Of a stretch of 64,000 bases of DNA, positions 1-14,240 are shown piece by piece. The translations under genes were made by a program, and so were the position numbers. The stretch's first letter is position 1; each line of letters starts with the position of its first letter. The notes beneath the pieces were generated by a model. That model worked only from the letters and a program-made list of their open reading frames with translations. It searched no databases and was not told where the DNA came from. This stretch comes from Centroscyllium fabricii. Lineage: Eukaryota. The stretch spans positions 245,148,001 to 245,212,000 of the forward strand of contig JBNRSN020000003.1 in NCBI GenBank assembly GCA_051313645.2. The letters are read 5' to 3'.

Positions 1-702
1 TATACATGCAGTAGATTTAGTACAGGTATATTACTTTCTGCTTGGTTCATGTTAATGTTTTAACTCTTCCCCTGGTGATGGAGAATTGCAGTACAAATTT
101 CAATGAGTTTGTTACAACAGACCAATAGTTAATACTCTGAAGACAAAACTTTCCATGCTTAAAAAAATTGGAAAAATAGTGACGGAGAAGTATTTTTTCT
201 TGTGCAACTAATCCAACTTAGCAAGTAATGTTACGTTCTGTCAACCTACAGATTGTAATGTATTAGCTACTAAATATAGTTTGCTGCTGTAAGACAGAAT
301 AATTTTCAGTTAAAAGTAAAACATTACTTTCTGGCATATGTAAGTAATTTAATTGGCAAAAAAATGATTTTTGGATAAGACTCCTGATTTCATTTTTCCA
401 TCTGAACCCTGTTCATGCTTACTTGGGCAGTAATCCTATTTCTCTTGCCAGAACTGACAAAGGTCTGACTGTTAGTGATACCTTCCAGGGCTAAATTTAC
501 CCCAGAGTGACAGAGGCAGGTGGACACAGGGCAACCAGCCACTTGTGCAAAGCATCATGCAACTATAGGTCAACATCGAGAGGGGAAAAAGACTCTGCCT
601 TCAGTGTGGAAACAGATCGAAGCAAGCTCATCCCGAAGAGGGGGGTTTCTCTTCAAAGCCAGCTGGTCTGGCTTTTTCTTCAGGATTTTTTTTTACCTGC
701 AG

Positions 703-757
703 CGTTTGATCACCCGAGCCTGCAGCAGGTGCTGCAGAGCGTAAAAAGAGGACATTG
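703..757 (+). other. candidate short exon, probably non-coding
   Basis: Polypyrimidine tract ending CTGCAG at 702 and donor G|GTGAGT at 758-763. Splice-signal pattern only. Confidence 0.25.
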
Positions 758-3700
758 GTGAGTTTTTGGACCAAAAAGTATAAAACTTCCAAACTTGCAT
801 GTTTAGACTCCATTGCAATGTTTGTGTGTGTAAACTTTACCTACGGGCAAATAAAACTCATTGCTACACTTAGCCTACCTAATAACTGAAGTGTTACTAA
901 GAGTAACTATTGTAATATAGCAAAGTACAAATACTTAAATGCTGAGGGTGTTGTCCATTGCCATACATGGTGAACAAAGGAGAATTTGAAATTACAGTTA
1001 AAAATACTAAGTAAAACAAGTGAATGCTACGTTTAAGATAAAATTGGAGATATATATGTTGCTTTAATTTAATGACAATACATTCAATTTCCACTTCGAA
1101 GTATAAAATCTTCATGGTATATTTGTACTTGGAAAAGTCAACTATATTGTACTAGTTATTATTGATAAACAGTGCTTTCTTTTGAAGCACCTGGGTAAAT
1201 ATTTGTTCTGTAATATTAGCACTCAGTAAAGCTATAGGTGGAATTATTTTACATATCAATCCACTTTGATACAGTAGCTGATAAAGAGTTTAAGTGCTTT
1301 ATAAAATCACAAAGTATTGTAGTCTGCCGTCACAGACCTTAATCACTTTGCTAACCTGTTACTAAAGTAAGGCAAGCATTTAACAGCATAAGTGCCTATC
1401 TTTGAGATCACAAGCATTTAATACCATATATATCTATCAAATATAATTTCTGTAAAAGCAAACTTTCAGTTTAATAGTTAAATCAGTTATAACAGATGCG
1501 GAGTCAGCATGGCAAAATATTGATATTAATCTGTGATCAGAGTAAATCCAGCAGCTACTTATAGCACAAAGATGGCATAGGCAGTACATTTAAAATTTAT
1601 ACTTTGGGGTTTTGACCAAATTACCTTATTTTATTGGTACCTAAGATTAATTTTATTAAATGGACACAGTTAAGATATCACCAGTGATGGATTTAAACCA
1701 ATCAGATATAGTCCGAATTTCAAAAACTGGTTGACATAATCTTGACTTTGACATACATAATTTACAGCTGTCCTCTAGGTCATGCTTCTAATGTAGGCTG
1801 CAGCAACACCCGGCTCTGTAGGCTCACTGCAAACAAGAAATGGATACTTCATTGAGTTATTTTGCAACCTTGGTTGACGAGCACTTTGTAAATTGAAATT
1901 TAGGAGAAATGTGGAAGGAAAATTACAATTCAATCATTGCATTCTAAGCTCGATGATGGTTAAATTCCAAAAACATTCATCTTACATGGATTTTATCATT
2001 GCTTGCAAGGTCAATAACTGAGGTGGGGCATATCGAATCCACTGAATGAAGCACACAAGCTTGAAACACAAAATTTTAAAAAATGGAACAGATTTACAGC
2101 AGAATGGATTTTTTCCCCCTTCAGCCAATCAAATTGACTGCGAAGTCACATGAAAAAAGTATTTCAACCTGCCTTTATACGACTGGGTTTGAATCTAGGA
2201 ACTTGTAAAGGGCTTTAAATCATAAAACTGATACAGTACAGGGTACTAAGTATGAAATCAGAAATCAATCTTATACAAAAATCGCACCGTAAAGTGATAA
2301 TAAATGTGATTGGATTTTATTAGTTCGATAAGTATGATCATTTTTACAGATATTTTCTTCTCTCTCTTTGGGTGGGCTACTTTTGAAACAACATAATCAG
2401 ATAATCTGAATTTATCATGTAATTTTGAGTTTGGTTACAAAGTAGCCAAATCATTACATTATCTATGGGTAATAAAATAAATACTAGCAATAATAATAAG
2501 TAGGAATAAACAATATCAATAAACAGGTTTGCAAACTTATATAACCTCCCACACACATATATACTTTATTACAGGGTTATACAATACAAACACAATACAA
2601 TACAAATTATAAATGCAGGACTTTAATTTTTTTATTTGAGTTTGGTTGTACGTCAGAATCAGTTGACAAGAGTACAAGAGTGTTCCAGAGTCTACTGTTT
2701 TGGGGTTTTCTTAGAAAAAAATAGTTGGAGTTGCAAAACAGGATTCCCAAAATATGGTGAAAATCTATTTAATAAACATTGGAGTTGACTCCATCACAGT
2801 AAATCAGTGGCCAAGCCACTGGGTTTCAGGTTAATGGGAAAAGGCTGTACTGGTGAAATACATTCCTAAAACCTCTGGTGGAGTTCTCTGAATCTTGTGC
2901 AATTTAAATAAATTCGACTTATTCAGTCACTATGCAGCAGTGGTGTTTGGTATGGTGAAACAGCTTCAAAAATGTTATGAAAATCAACTTGGATTTGTTT
3001 GGCAAATGCAGTTCTCTAGTTTGACCCACAGTTTCTGTGAAGGTTATTTTGTTCCTACAACATGCCTGTGCCCATTGATTCCCATAAATTTGGTTATGCT
3101 TCAAGAAGGTATGCTATGCTGCAGTTTAATTGTTTTTCTCAATATACATTTTTCAGATCTTTCTGTGCTCACAGCAGCCAGTGTCAAATTTGTATGTCAT
3201 CTGCCCTTCTTCCATTTGTTTCCAGCTCCACTAGTTTGGCCATCTGATACACAAAGAGCTCTAGAGACAGGGACCCTGTATGTCAGGATGTATGCTAGAC
3301 TGTCTATCAGAAAGTTATATAACGGATGAACGTTTTTACCATGATAGCAAAATTATTTATTGTTTCTTTAGATACCTTGTTTAATGCTATAGCGCAGTTG
3401 ACAGACCTGCAAGTTAATTTCAAGTTTAGGCCCGAAATTTAAAATGCATCTCTGATTTACTCATCTAACTGACCAAAAAAATCTCATTAGTGACAAGAAA
3501 TATTTACCGACTCATAAATACACTTGGGCAAACAAGTTTCCTCATTCTATATAAAATTAAATACTGCATAGTTAGAAACGTTGCGAGTTAGCTGATCATG
3601 ACCACGATAAGAGCGGGAAATTATATGCTTTCTTGCCATATATACTATTTTATTTACCCCTATTTATAAACCTATGTGCTCACTAATATGTACAAGCATG

Positions 3701-4299
3701 TGGGCGATCGCTGCATCTTGCATTTCACATATAACAAAACAAGCGAGTAAATCAGTTGCGTGAAGAGGCCAGAACATCTAGAATGTTTTACAGTACAGTA
3801 TTTAATGCGGATTATCAGATAACGTGATTGATGGCTCTATGTGGGAATCTGTTACCGTGTGTCTATGATCTTCCAGTAAATTGAAAGAAAATAAATTCAC
3901 CAGGCAATTACTGTGATAAATGTGTTTTTAAAATGAACATTAGTGGGCAATAGCACTATTTTTTAAATCAACTATATCTTAGCAAAGGCATGCACGTCAG
4001 TCTGATTAAAATAGTAAGCACATAAAAACTAGCCGCGTTAGTGAGGAAGCTAGATTTCCAAGATCCTATCGTTAGGGTCAAATCAAAACTTTCTAGATTT
4101 TATTTTTGATTCGTCCACTGATAATGAATGGAGGCTGCAATCTATGAATAATCTAAGGTTGTTGAGGCTTTTGACATCAACTTGTACGCTTTCCGTGTGC
4201 AAACGATGCCGTACGTCAGTTGGCAGGCTCTTTTGATCAAGTGGAGTGCATTAAGTTTTCTTTCCTGCAGATATTAAAAGGAACAGTTTGTTGCGACTG

Positions 4300-5110
4300 A
4301 TCACTTGTGACGTGTTAAGTGAAAGAGCTGCCAGTCTCGGCGGGCGGGAGGGGGCGGGGCCGGGCACAGCCCCGCTGATTGACAGCCGTGCGCTGCCAGC
4401 CCGGCCGTGACGTCAATGGAAGGGCGGGCGGTTGGATCCGGGCACTGGAGCGGCGCCGGCCCGGGGGCGGCAGATATTATTTAGACATCAAAGCAAAGCC
4501 TAAACCGCCCACTTACTGCGCCGTCTAAAAAAAATTACCCGGCCCCACTGGGGTTGGCTTTTTTTTCCCCTTGCGTGTTGAAAAAGGGCCGACTACCAAT
4601 ATTTTAAATTTCACTTCATTCCACCCAGAAACCATCTTGTTATAAGCCAGTCTCGAGCCGCTCCAAAGAGCGTAAGTCAGTTTATGTTCAAACCTTTTAT
4701 GATAGAAAACCAACTGAATAAAGTCTATTTATATCTATGAACAAAATCAATAATAGTAAACGATTCCATAACGGGGCATCGACTCTACCTGGCCGGTCAC
4801 ATTACTCAGCCAACATGCAGAGCGGCACTGAACTTTTTGTTGGCAGGCGCGGATGGTTACGCGGTCTCTGAAGCGGGCGCTGAGGCGGAAACGATGCGCT
4901 GCCGCTGCGCGTGGTCCTGAGGTCTGTATCCGTTCGCGGGAGCGCGCCCCTCCTCCTTGTCGGTCGCCGCGCGTGCTCGTACTCGTGGGTTTATGACGTT
5001 CCGTTCCCAACGCGAGCGAGCACCGCGCCGGCCCCGCCTCCTCCTGCTGGAGCTGCTGCTCCGCTAAATATAGAAGCAGATACACACAGACAGGGAGACT
5101 GAGTAACCGA
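4300..5110. promoter_or_regulatory. CpG-island promoter region of an unidentified host gene
   Basis: Abrupt GC/CpG-rich segments in AT-rich DNA. Motifs: GC box GGGGCGGGGC 4351-4360, TGATTGACAG (PBX/MEIS-PREP decamer) 4376-4385, CRE TGACGTCA 4408-4415, TCF/LEF-type ACATCAAAG 4485-4493, MEF2-type CTAAATATAG 5064-5073. Confidence 0.75.
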
Positions 5111-7683
5111 GCGGGCTTTCTCTCTCTCTCACTGCGAAATGGCTCTATCTATAGCTCGCTATATGTCAGCTTTTTAAAGTATTGTCTCTTTTAAAAAAAA
5201 ATTAATGTATACAAATCTCAGTCCTCAGAGTCGATTAGGCTTCATCTCACTGGTCAGTAAAAATAGAAACTTATTTTCTCCAGGAAAAAAAACACAGCAG
5301 CTCAGTTTTAATGACCAGACTACATCACTAATTGTTTAATGCTGCAAGCTATACGGCACGCCGATTACGGCCTGTGGATGTTGCTGTGCTTTAAATTGGC
5401 TTGCTTTTCTTCCCCCTTCTTAAAACTTACGTGTACAAAACCCGAGGAGGGAATTAAATGTTAATACTCTCTGTCATTGTTTCAGCCCTGGTTTTGTTTA
5501 ATCTTTAATGTTCACATGGCCCGTAAACGTGTTGTTGTGGTGGTGAATGATGACGAGCTTTGCGCCGGCTGATTTGTTTGTAACATGGTCGATTCTCTGC
5601 TCTCCCCTTCGTCCAAGGTGTCAAAGAAGTTGGAGCTTTTAAAGTAACTTTAATTCGCCTTCGAGAGGGAAAAAATTGAGGTCGATAACGCAGCATCGTC
5701 GAGGTTTGTGCGGTAAGTGATTTTTCCAGTTCTGCTGTGCGTCCACTTTTCTCTGTTTCGAGGTTGTGTTTTGACATGTGTGGTCTGTGTGAAAGTACAG
5801 AAATCACACAGTGACTAAAATGGAGTTTGTGTGTAATATACCTACAGATGCCAAGGCTATCATTCACGCGAGAATGGACAATGGCTCGTTTTCACTTTTA
5901 ATTTACCGCTTTTATACTTGGTGTCTTCAGTAATATTGTTGCACGATGCGATTAATATTTCGGGTGGGATTTCTGTATATCGTAATGAGAGTGCCAGTAA
6001 ATAGAATTTGTTAGAAATGGTTCAATTTCATTTGTAATAGTATTGTAGAGAAGCTCTGATACTGCATTTGATCATTTAATACTTTAGGCATTGCTACTTG
6101 TGACTTGCTCTTACGCATTACTGAGTAATGAGATTGCAGTGACAGTAATTTCCATCATATCTGACTTTTCTTATGTTCTTATAGCTTTACATTTAACAGT
6201 TTATAGTGATGGGTCAGTAACCTTTCACTTTGAAAGTGAATAGACGATGCTGTGCATACGTTCCGTGCACTCAAAGAGTGACTTTCATTCAGTATTTCAT
6301 CTTCTGCAAAGAGTCATGTTACATGAATTATGCTGGATTTGTGGCCGAGGCTGTTTATTTGCGATTTCCTTAACGTTACCATTGCCAGCAGTCTTTATCT
6401 GTAGTGATTTGCACTTCCTGTGTTGATGCTGTCCAGAGAATTTGAACTCCACGTCGCCTGGGAGAAGCTGCTTGTTTTAATTTCCAAGTAGCTGTTCGGT
6501 ATACCAGGACTGTTGTAAAATGGGCCGCGAGTCCTGGCGCGGTAGGAAACGCTCACAGTGGAATGTGCTGCTTTCCAAGTCACAGTGCTGCGCAATATAG
6601 TGAAGCACGCCAAGTGTCCGCGTCTCTCGGTGCACCTACAGCTCACCAACTCCCCATCACAGGCAGCCCCACTCTCATTCGGTAACTCTTTCTCCAAATT
6701 ACAGACAATCTGATTCCTATTCGAACCTTACAGCTATCCCTTATTTCAGATTTCATTCTGATCTAAGTTTTTTTTAAATAAACTTTGCTATCTTTCCATT
6801 CATTTGGTTTATCGATGCATTCTTTTAGATTAAATCAACTTTGCTTTATAGGCGCCTGATTTTCCTCCACTTTATTTAATAGTCTTTCTCTCTAATTCTA
6901 AGTGCTCACACAATTTCAGACAATTAATTACGAAGGCACAGGAACATCATTGCATTGGTTTGAACTCAAAGTTACTGTATGCAGACTTGGCTCTGGTTCA
7001 GGGCAGGATTCGAACAGCAACAGAAATGCGTTTTACTCGGAAAAACCTCGAGATTGTAATGAATTTGGTCACATTTTCCCATAGTTTTGTAAGAAAATAA
7101 AAGGCCATGTTTACAAGTTTAACAAGGTTGGGGATCCATACATTGTAGAAGGGGCCGGTTATTCTCTCAGGCTTCTGTCCCTGTAGATTTTTAATGTATC
7201 AGGCTAATGGCTGTAATACATTACATTCTACGCCAAGTTACATAAATAGTGCCAACATGCTGTCAGACAAGGTCGTGCTCAACATTAAATTATCAAAACA
7301 AAATATGACCAATCTCTCACAATATAGACATGGAGGCGATGAATACGTATTATACAGAATACATTAAAATTACAGTGTGTTATATCAAGGTGAGAATGAG
7401 TGTAGTCAGGTTGAATATCCTGTGATGAGAATCAGTACTGGTTAGTCATGCGTTATAAAGGAGTTTACATATGTTTTCTGTGGTACAGTATTTGTTTTAG
7501 GAAAATACTTGAGATTTGATCCCGCCCCTTTTCAAGAGTGAAACTGATAATCCATATGACTGGTTTAGGATTGTGGGAGAATACTGGTGGTTTTACCTTT
7601 TCCTCTGCCGCGGAGTTGTTTAAAATAATATTTAGTGATTGTTTTATCAACAGTGCATGTATGAGAGTTCAGATTTTCACCAG

Positions 7684-7839
7684 CGGAATCCACGGACAGT
7701 GGTCGATCAAATAAGTTCAAATCTCCTCTGAGCGCAGCACGTTAATCAGGTTCAGAGCAGGGAGACAGTAATTGTAGCCAAGGATTAATCATATGCACAC
7801 CTTCCGTTTGGAGAAGACTTTTTCAGAGAAGATTCGAAA
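7684..7839 (+). other. candidate 5' UTR exon
   Basis: Acceptor-like TTTTCACCAG ending at 7683 and donor GTGAGT at 7840-7845; CpG-containing unique sequence; no recognisable protein. Confidence 0.25.
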
Positions 7840-10800
7840 GTGAGTGAAATTCCGTCATCAGTTAGGATAAATTTCGTGTCCAAATATTTAATGATGCATT
7901 TGAGTTTTTGCAATACTTTGTGGTTGCCATTTGCGAGTTGGTTGTAAACTTCACTTCGCCCCACTATCTTGACAGAGGCATTGTAAACTATAACGACCAG
8001 CTGTCAATGTTCAGGTTTTTTTCCGTGTTTAGGCGTTGTTGAGGTCGCGTTGTTTGTAAGATGAAACCTGTTACTTTGTGATGTCTGATATGTGGTGTTG
8101 TTGATTACACCCAAATGTTTTGACCTTGTAGTGTGTGCTCCGTGTTCCTATTTGACGTTAACATAAGTGAACAAGAGATTAGCTCTGTGTAGCAAATATA
8201 CATGGTGTTTATTCTTTTGGGAAGTGTGACATATTAGCATGTAATGTATATTTTTATTAGTCAGTTTTTTCAAATCCTTTAACTCTTTAAGAGAATTGAC
8301 GTGCAGTATGCATGTGTTTCCGCGAAGTTTTGAAACGCACACTGCAAATCATTGCAATCTATTGCAATCTTTGAGCGAAACACAGATATATCAACTTAGA
8401 GAAATCTTCTAAATAAATTAAGTAAAATCGAAATGCTTTAATGCTAAGTCTTGCCAGAGGTCAGCCCATTGGCACAAAGCCAAAGTGTTGCATCTGCATA
8501 TAATTTGACTAGGTGGAGTGAACATTTTGTCATTACAAACGTGAGGAAAGATTCCTTGGTGCTGATTTTGGCTTTGAGGTTACTTCTATTTCCTGGTGTC
8601 TCTGTATGAGTACATAGGTAGGCAGGAGCCCCGCGTGCCAGCCTGGGAAATGACTACTACAGTTTGTTTTTGCTGGCAGCGTTTATTGGGTATGGAAGTG
8701 TTGCACAGGGAAGATGTTCATGTGGAGTATAGTAAACGCAATCTCTGTTGGTTTGGCGAATGTATCTTCAAGAATATCTGCCTATACATTCATGCAACCC
8801 AATTTGTTTTATAAAAAATATTTTTTTGGCAGTACTTATCTTGTGTAGCACTTTTTACTATTTGCTTTCAGATTCTTCTTTTAAAACTGTAAATTTTTCT
8901 GACGTTTCCTCTCCATCTATTTAGTTTGCACCAAATAGGTATCTTTTGACTGCCTTCACCTCCTCCCCCCACACACACACACACATACACTTTCCCAGCT
9001 CCTACCTGCATCTGTACAATAAAGACATTTCTGGGTTGGTAATATAGTGGAATTTACAAGGTTACATAAGAGAATGGGAGAGAACTGCTTCTCTGCATCT
9101 ATTTTGACTCATAAAAACTCCTTTGTTTCATTTAAGGCCGAAAAATACATTTAGCACATGTACCCAACATACAAATGTGCTCTGTCGAAATTTGGTTTAT
9201 CAAGAACAGAATTCACTAAACCATATAAAATCAATATGCATACATACATGACCTTTTGATATTAGCATGAGGTGGTTATGTGGAGTTGAATATAATATCT
9301 GCAAATGTTGTTTTCTTCTATGGGAATACAGTGGTGTCAGATTATTTTTAAATGGTTATATTAAAGTCGACATTTATTTTGACCAGAATCTATAATAATA
9401 GTGCAAAAATGGGGCTGTGTGCATTTTTTTTAAGCGGCAACTTGTAGAATGATGGTAATATCCTTGAGTACAGTTTTGATGATTGGTCAGTACAAAGTGT
9501 GTCAGTGGGTACCCAGAGAAGATGACTAGATAAGAGGATGCTAATGTTGGCATGATATGACATTGTAACATAGTATCAAGGCTTGTACGATACTATTTCA
9601 AAGTTGACATCTAATCATCATTTAGATGTTTATTATGTAGCTCCAAAGCATCCAGTGTGCAGAAAATAATTTCCAAATATTTAGGTTATGATAATATTTC
9701 ATAATATCCCAGTCAAATTTTAATTAACGGTTCACAATAGACAAATATTAGTAACTTAAAGAAGATGCAGTATGCAGTATAATTTCGGGTGCATTGAGCA
9801 TGAACTACTAGGTTTTATGTTGGAGGAATTATATCTAAACTATCCATTTTTTGCTGAATCAGATTAGATATATTAATCTTAATAATTGCTTATTGCTTCT
9901 GTAGGATTAAATCCTAATCTGCTCTGGCCTAAGGCAAATTTGTAGCATGTGGACATGTGATTAGAGATATATTCATTAGTACTTTAATCTTGTAGTCACA
10001 CAGGCATTTGCACAGTGGAGGGCAAACATTCAGTGTGGCCTGTCATCTTCAAGAAATCAGACAGGCTTTCACAGGCAATTCATGAAAAACCAGCAGTGAC
10101 AACAGAGTCTTATGTATCGTACAAAGGAAGGATTAGGCGGTTCACGTGTCATCCTGATTGGCTAGAGACCAGAGCCGATTGCTGGGGCATGGCAAGGCAC
10201 ACTCCAGTTTCAATTGATTATCATGTGAGGGGACAGTATCCCTGCTGGTTGGCCTACATAGGTTGTAATCTAAAACTGCTAAAATCAAATCTATACAGTA
10301 CCTCCTTCAGTTTACTCCTGCTATTTCTCTGAATTTGGTGATTAATTATCAAGCTAATCATTACAGAATTTTGTCGTCATATTATTCTTCTGTCATGATT
10401 ATTCTAAATTGTTGTGAAAATTAAAACTGATATGTTATGAGGATGTTGGATACACATAATAGAAGAGACACCATTGCAAGATTTTCATGCAATGTATATT
10501 TAAACATTTGAATTTCATGCTATTTTGTGACAAGTGCTAAGTGCAGTTAAAACTAGATTATTTGTTTTGAAATCAAGTTTGAGCTGTGTGTGAAGAAGAA
10601 TGCTAGTATGATTGCCAGATGTAATTCCATTAAAGATTTATGACATACATTTTGTACAACATTTTGTTTGAGCTACATCATTGATATATAATTTACAGCA
10701 AATCGTGGAAAGCAGAATTATATACCATTTCATTCTGACTACAGCTTAAATCAACTACTTTGTAGTAATAGAAACACACACACCGGCGCAAGAAGCGGCT

Positions 10801-12212
10801 CTATTACAGATCTGTTACATTGTGCTTACAGACTAAGTTGGGATTTTAATGCGGCTTAAATTCAAAATACATGTAGCACCCCAGGAAACACTTAGAATAA
10901 ACTAGAAGATTTGGAAGAATCAGAAATGTCTTGTTCAGAGAGTACACTGTACATTTAAGTTGTGATTATTTTTTGAAGTTTGTTTTTGAAGATTATTTAT
11001 TTGCAACTGTATTATGCAGCATAGAAATGATGGAACAGTTCCACAAGCATTGCATAGAATTTTTCAAAGCTTCATTTTATACAAAACATTTTTAAAGCTA
11101 CTTTAATTTTACATGTTTGTTATAACAATTGTGTGTTTACTTTTATGGTACAATATGTAAAGCTTTCTTAGGTTATTACAATCTTTTTGCTGGAGATTAT
11201 ATTGTGATTTGGTATTTGTATGTAGTTGTGTCAGTTTGGCAGTTGAAATCGACTCTTGATGTTTGGAAAATGTTGCTTGTTGGTGTAGGATATAAAAAAC
11301 CAGTAACATTTCATGTAAATTCCTCATCTGCATTAATGTAGGCAGTCCATTCTTACACAGAACTTCGCTGTAACCAATCAAACAGGATGATGTTTTTATA
11401 ATTTGCTGTTTTTTCAGTGATTATTTTTATTCACAATGGACCTGTAGAATTTAACTTTGAGATGAAACACATGATTAATATAGCATCTGAGTCTCATTTC
11501 TATTGGCTTACCATAAGTGTTTATCACAATTATAAATACAGGGTATCAGAAAAAATGTTACGCTTAACATGGTTTTACTATTGTGTGATGTGCAGTATCA
11601 TTTATACAGTGACATTTCAACTCACTGATTGCACTTATAAAACTTTGCTGCTACATTTTAGAAGCAGACTATAATGGTTCAGTGGTTTGTATTCTATTCT
11701 TGAACATTGCAGTACTCTGAAACAGAATAAAGATGTGATCATAGCCTTCATTTTTGTTATTTTGATGTTTATACTTGAGGTGAATAATTATTTTTAAGCT
11801 AGAAAAACATAAATTTTAAAATAACTTTTCTGTACGTTGAATCAAGTATTTTTTAAATTATTCTTCCAATAGTGAATGTGTCAAGGGCAGCAAATTCTGT
11901 GACTTTCATCTCAACAGTTGAGTTTATTGAGGTGAATTACTGGTGTTTCTTTTGTAAGTTTTATTTTTTATTCTCCCTCCACTGAGGCCTCCCTGAGCTG
12001 TGCATGCCCTAGTTGGATGATAGTTAGCTGGAATCTGTCACCCAAGCTACATCAGGCCAGTAACTGGTTGCAAAGAGATGCACAGGAGCAAGTTTTACTG
12101 AACATTGAATGTAAAAAAGTGACTGGCATGAGAAATTTATCTGGTGGGGACTCATGGCGTGATTTTGTACTTCTAAAATACCAAAATATATTGTACAGCA
12201 TTTAGGTTCTAT

Positions 12213-12616
12213 GTCAGCTTGGCTCAGTGGTGGCACTTTCACTTCTGAGTCAGACGGTTATGCTTTCAAGCCCCTCTCCAGGATTTAAGCACATAATCTA
12301 GGATGGCAGCACTGTTGGAGGTACCATCTGTAAGTTCTGTCTGCCTGTTCAGGTTGTAAAGATATCATAGCACTTAATTGAAGAACAACAGGGCGTTCTC
12401 CCGGTGTCCTGACAAACATTCCTCAATCAGCACCAAAACCGATTAACTGGTAAATAATCTCATTGCCGTTTGTGGGACCTATCTATGTGGAACTTGGTTG
12501 CCACGTTTGCCTACAAAAGTGACTACACTTAAAGCACTTCACACCTAATGAATTACTTCTTAAGATATCCCAAGGATGTGAAAGGAGCTATATTCATGCA
12601 GATTCTTTGTTTCTTT
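12213..12616 (+). mobile_element. Deu-domain tRNA-derived SINE (SacSINE1-like), degenerate
   Basis: tRNA-like head TGGCTCAGTGG, central CTCATTGCCGTTTGTGGGACC domain, L2-like tail GTGAAAGGAGCTATATTCATGCA; similar to copies at 26.8, 50.5 and 55.8 kb. Confidence 0.7.
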
Positions 12617-12904
12617 GTAAACATTTTAGTCTAGTTTTGTGAAAATAAATGATAGAATTATTAATGCAGCTCTGGTCTGGGTACTAAACAGCTACTGGAT
12701 AACAAGTCACTGCATTAAAAAAAAAATTCATTGGTTGTGAAAGTGCTTTGGGATGTCTCAAGGACATGATAAGGCACTACACAAATGTAGGCTCTTTTTT
12801 CCTATAGTTTTAGAAGAACCATTTATGAATATACAAACAATGATGGACAGGAAAAGACCTCTGGTCCATCAGCTTGTCTCACATTTAAATGGAATAATAA
12901 TTGC

Positions 12905-13170
12905 AGCCCCCGATGGCTCAGCCAGTTTATCCAGTAAGTAGATCAACCATATAGATCATGAAGGTTTGATCTGTGGTCTGTGCAGAGTTAGCTGAACTCA
13001 CCTCGGTTAGCAGTAGGGGCACTAAAATTGGCCTTGGTCTCGGATTAGAGAGAACAAAATCAGTCAGGGTTCCTGCTCTTGATCTCTACTCGGTATCACC
13101 TGCTGGAAATGTGCCCATGTGGCTGTTGGGTGAAGATGCATACATTGTGGCCACCTGGATGAGTTAGAGG
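12905..13170 (+). mobile_element. old SINE-like repeat
   Basis: GATGGCTCAG head and CTGTGCAGAGTTAGCTGA...CAGGGTTCCTGCTC body resemble an old chondrichthyan SINE; family uncertain. Confidence 0.4.
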
Positions 13171-14182
13171 TGAATAGCAAGGGAAAATAGAATAACTGCT
13201 TTTTGTAAATTAGTTTTTTATTTCAATGTTTTGACAATTGCTGAACAAAGAAGGGTTGATGTATTCAAATTGTGCACAAGTGTTTTTGCATTATCTGGAG
13301 CTATTGTTAATGACTATTATAGAAGAAGCAAACTAAATATTTGAAGCATTTCTGCATTGTGTGCCTGACATACTGTGATCTTTGGACTGCTGAGCAGAGT
13401 GACTGCTTTAGTAACTATTAGTAAAGTTCAAAATCAAAATTGTTTATGCCAAAGTTTGCTAGTATTAATAAGAAATCATAAATTAATTTAGATGTGAATC
13501 ATGTGTAATTGAAACAAAACTGTTTAAACAAATGGCTCATTTTGTACAATGTTTTTATTTGTAGATTTAATTGCTAACCTCAATCTTGCTGAAAATACTA
13601 ATACCCCTTTAATGTATAGTTGAAATCTAGATATAATGGCAAAGGGTTAAGAAGAATTACCATAACATCTGTATTATAAACTACACCCTTATTTTCCCAT
13701 TATCATTTGAATGCAAACTCTTAAGTCATACCTTGCATTGTTTAAACAAATATACGTGAATAATATGTAAATTATACACCCAGTTTTGTCAAATTCAAGG
13801 AATATACAGAGTTTTTAACTTGCAATGTAATCCCAAATCTCAGATCTTTTTGACTGTAATTTTTCATATGTTAGGTTTTTGGGCATGTTCTGCTGATTGA
13901 TTTTCTATGGTAACTTTCAGTGCTGTAATGCAGTGCTATGTCTAAGGGTACAATTTTCAAATAAGTCCTCATTTACAGATATAAATATTTTAATATTGCG
14001 AGATAATAAGCAGAGAATACATTGTATGCTGTACTCATAAAACAGAATATTAAGAGTCTTGAAGCAAACTATTGTTTTATGGAACCTTGCCCATCTCTCC
14101 TATCAAAAGTTAAAAACCTAATCTCCGCATTATTAACTTACTAATACTATACAGTCTGCTAGCAGTAAGTAAACTGAAATAA

Positions 14183-14240
14183 CAACAGCAAATGCTGGAA
14201 AAACTCAGCAGGCCAGCGGCATCCGCAGTATTTTGTTATT
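14183..14240. mobile_element. short Penelope-type terminal remnant
   Basis: AAATGCTGGAAAAACTCAGCAGG...GCAGTATTTTG resembles the ends of a common shark Penelope-like repeat. Confidence 0.35.

Noticed and set aside
10143-10161. CCAAT plus CACG as an ER stress element
   Set aside because: Spacing and sequence do not fit CCAAT-N9-CCACG.
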